NCBI GenBank assembly: GCA_000002975.1
Contig: AF083031.2
Span: forward strand, 90,001-122,000
Source: Guillardia theta nucleomorph
Lineage: Eukaryota; Protista; Cryptophyta
Reading direction: 5' to 3'
Length of the DNA stretch: 32,000 bases
Below are positions 29,982 through 32,000 of this stretch, one piece after another. The position numbers and the translations under genes are program-made. Below the pieces are notes generated by a model, which was not told where the DNA came from, did not search any database, and worked only from the letters and a program-made list of their open reading frames with translations. How positions within the stretch are numbered: the first letter of the stretch is position 1; every line of letters starts with the position of its first letter.

Positions 29982-30434
29982 ATGCTAATTGTTGGAAAGG
30001 TTTTTAATAAAAAATGCACGAATTTCGAAATAAATTTTAAATACAACTGTAATATAATGCTAAATAATTTTGTTAATAAAAATTCAAAATGCAAAAATCA
30101 AATGTGCTTGTGTTTTATTCAAACCTATAAACATAAACATAGAATGGTTTCTAAAAAAATTTATAAATTTAGAAAAAAGGCTTTTTTTATAGGAATAATA
30201 GTTGAGAATATTATATTTCGTCTTAACAAGGGAATTTGCTATAGGTTGTCCAAGAATTCCTGCATAATTAAAAATTTACTTTGTCTATATGACAAGATAG
30301 AATATAAGTTATTAATTGTTTCTAATGGCTATTCTCTGTTAAATATAAGAGAACAAAATTTTATTTATTATTTAATAAATAAACTAACCAATGTCACCAT
30401 AGCTCAATTGGTTAGTTGTAACCTCAGCATATGA
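29982..30434 (+). CDS. divergent exosome cap subunit, Rrp40-like (S1/KH remnants)
   Basis: LIVGKVFNKKCTNFEINF resembles VIGIVTAKSGDIFKVDV; IGIIVENIIFRLNKGICYRL...IVSNGYSLL resembles [21 protein letters not shown]...GMNGRIWV. Confidence 0.5.
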   Translation: MLIVGKVFNKKCTNFEINFKYNCNIMLNNFVNKNSKCKNQMCLCFIQTYKHKHRMVSKKIYKFRKKAFFIGIIVENIIFRLNKGICYRLSKNSCIIKNLLCLYDKIEYKLLIVSNGYSLLNIREQNFIYYLINKLTNVTIAQLVSCNLSI

Positions 30435-30476
30435 CTGTTAATCATAAGGTCGAGAGTTCGAGTCTCTCTGGTGACG
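30393..30476 (+). tRNA. tRNA-Asn(GTT) with a 10-nt D-arm intron (30416-30425)
   Basis: GTCACCA/TGGTGAC acceptor, TATGA-CTGTTAA-TCATA anticodon arm, GAGAG-TTCGAGT-CTCTC T arm; the GCTC/GAGC D stem is complete only after removing TTGTAACCTC. Confidence 0.93.
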
Positions 30477-30486
30477 GTAATTTATC

Positions 30487-31259
30487 ATGAGTTCTATAAA
30501 ATCAGGTGTAAGTACTTAATTTCTTTGCTTATTTATTTGAAAAGATTTTCATAGTATGATTTACTTCCAACAATATTTACACCCGAAGGAAAATTATTGC
30601 AACTTGAATATTCTTCCAAATGTATCAATAAATCAAATATAGCATTAGGGATTAAATGCAATGATGGCTTAATTATATTTAAAGAAATTGATTCGAATCA
30701 ATATAATAATGATATTATTGAATGTAACATGATTTTCTGTTTGAACCACTATATGGCTATGACATCTTCTGGAATAACAGGAGATTTTAGATCGTTATGT
30801 AACAGACTGGTAGATGAAAATCTAATCGAAAAGTATAGATATGGTTTGGAATTAAACTCTAAATATTTAACACATTTATTGAGTAGATTGTTTCATCTCA
30901 ATTCTAATTCTTGGTCATTAAGACCATTAGCATGTGATATTATTTTAGGTTTTATCGATTATTCCAGTTTAGAAATCTTTTTTATTAGCAATCAAGGCTC
31001 TATAATTAAAACAAATAACATTTCAACTGGAAGTGCATGTGAATTAATCAATTTTGAATTAGAATCAATTTTCAAAGAAGAATTAAGTTGTAGAAAAGTT
31101 ATTTTGAAAATTATAAAAAAATTATCAGCCCTAACAAGAGACTTGCAATCTAAGTATTTTTATGTTAAGTATTTTGCTAAGAAGAAAAAAAAATTTACTG
31201 ATACTGTATCATTTAATTTTATCAAAGAAATTGAAAGGTATAAATTGTATCAATTATAA
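30487..31259 (+). CDS. PRE10: 20S proteasome alpha7 subunit (PRE10/PSMA3); join(30487..30507,30555..31259), 241 aa
   Basis: Spliced MSSIKSG|YDLLPTIFTPEGKLLQLEY...ALGIKCNDG matches [26 protein letters not shown]...AIGIRCKDG; WSLRPL. Confidence 0.92.
30508..30554 (+). other. spliceosomal intron, 47 nt
   Basis: GTAAGT...TTTCATAG, phase 0; removal restores the conserved GYDL. Confidence 0.93.
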
Positions 31260-31271
31260 TTTTAATATTTG

Positions 31272-31490
31272 TTATTTTATATACTGAAACTTGTCTATAT
31301 TTGTTAAAAAATTACAACTTTTTTTACAATTAGAGCATTTAAAATAAAATAAATATTCGGATAATTTTTTTTTCAACAACTTATTTATCATTCCATTGAC
31401 TTTTCTTCCTTTTTTATTATTAAATTTACATAGTTTACAAGTTACATCGAATGGGAGCATAAGTCTACGTTTTTTCTTTTTGATAATCAT
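31272..31490 (-). CDS. yju2: minimal Yju2/Cwc16 (CCDC94) splicing factor
   Basis: RLMLPFDVTCKLC...KGRKVN...FYFKCSNC...FLTN matches RLMAPFNMRCKTC...KGKKFN...FYIKCTRC...FKTD. Confidence 0.82.
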   Translation of the reverse strand: MIIKKKKRRLMLPFDVTCKLCKFNNKKGRKVNGMINKLLKKKLSEYLFYFKCSNCKKSCNFLTNIDKFQYIK

Positions 31491-31562
31491 ATAGAGATCA
31501 AGACAAAAACAAGGTAATACTGAAATATTATAAATAATTAAATATTGAAGATTCCTAAATTA

Positions 31563-32000
31563 ATGCTTATTAAATTTTACGATGACGATCATGATTTATG
31601 GAGTGATATGAGTATTAGAACAAAATTTAAAATAAATAAGAATATAAAAGTTGATAAAACTGGTACAACAATAATCGGAATTTGTATAAAAAACCATATT
31701 GTTTTGGCAGCAGATACTAGATCTACAAGAGGTAAGATTACAAATGATAGTTCATGTAAAAAAATTCATTTTATAGGAAACAATATTGGAATTTGTGGAG
31801 CAGGTACATCGGCTGATATACAAAATATTATAAATTATCTTAAAATTAACATTAATTTTTTGAATTTAGAAAAATTAAAAGAAACCAATTTAGAAGAATG
31901 TACAAAGATTATTCAGAATTTTTTGTTTAATTACAAAGGAATGATTTCTGCAGCATTAATTATAGGTGGATTTGATTATTATGGTTTGAACCTTTATTCC
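31563..32000 (+). CDS. PUP1: 20S proteasome beta2 subunit (PUP1/PSMB7), 3'-partial
   Basis: Not in the ORF track; propeptide, then KTG|TTIIG...VLAADTRSTRG...CKKIHFI...CGAGTSAD. Confidence 0.95.
   Translation, partial: MLIKFYDDDHDLWSDMSIRTKFKINKNIKVDKTGTTIIGICIKNHIVLAADTRSTRGKITNDSSCKKIHFIGNNIGICGAGTSADIQNIINYLKININFLNLEKLKETNLEECTKIIQNFLFNYKGMISAALIIGGFDYYGLNLYS

Noticed and set aside
1-32000. CRISPR arrays, transposons, rRNA, telomeric or tandem repeats
   Set aside because: None seen; A/T homopolymers reflect composition and Lys/Phe codons

Overview
Extremely AT-rich, ultra-compact eukaryotic DNA: housekeeping genes are packed with mostly 0-100 bp spacers and sometimes overlap. There are two ~45-nt GTAAGT...AG introns right behind start codons and a tRNA with a D-arm intron. 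This is the signature of a cryptophyte nucleomorph chromosome (relict red-algal endosymbiont nucleus), most likely Guillardia theta; the species is inferred, not verified. Clear genes: eEF2, two RNase PH exosome subunits, proteasome alpha3/alpha7/beta2/Rpt6, rpb10, fibrillarin, cornichon/Erv14, SmF, TFIIB, TFIIA-L, rpL4, rpS3, SNF1/AMPK beta, a B-type CDK and three tRNAs. Several divergent ORFs can be assigned by eye (Tfb2, Prp4, Rpb4, Yju2, TBL1/HOS15, Rrp40, eIF3m-like). Highlights: a hidden intron restoring a LisH domain, two genes broken by -1 frameshifts at 6-nt homopolymers, a proteasome alpha3 lacking its gate tail, a non-canonical tRNA-Asn intron inside a CDS, and a GC-richer cornichon gene next to a candidate structured ncRNA. 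All homology calls come from recalled motifs; no database search was run.
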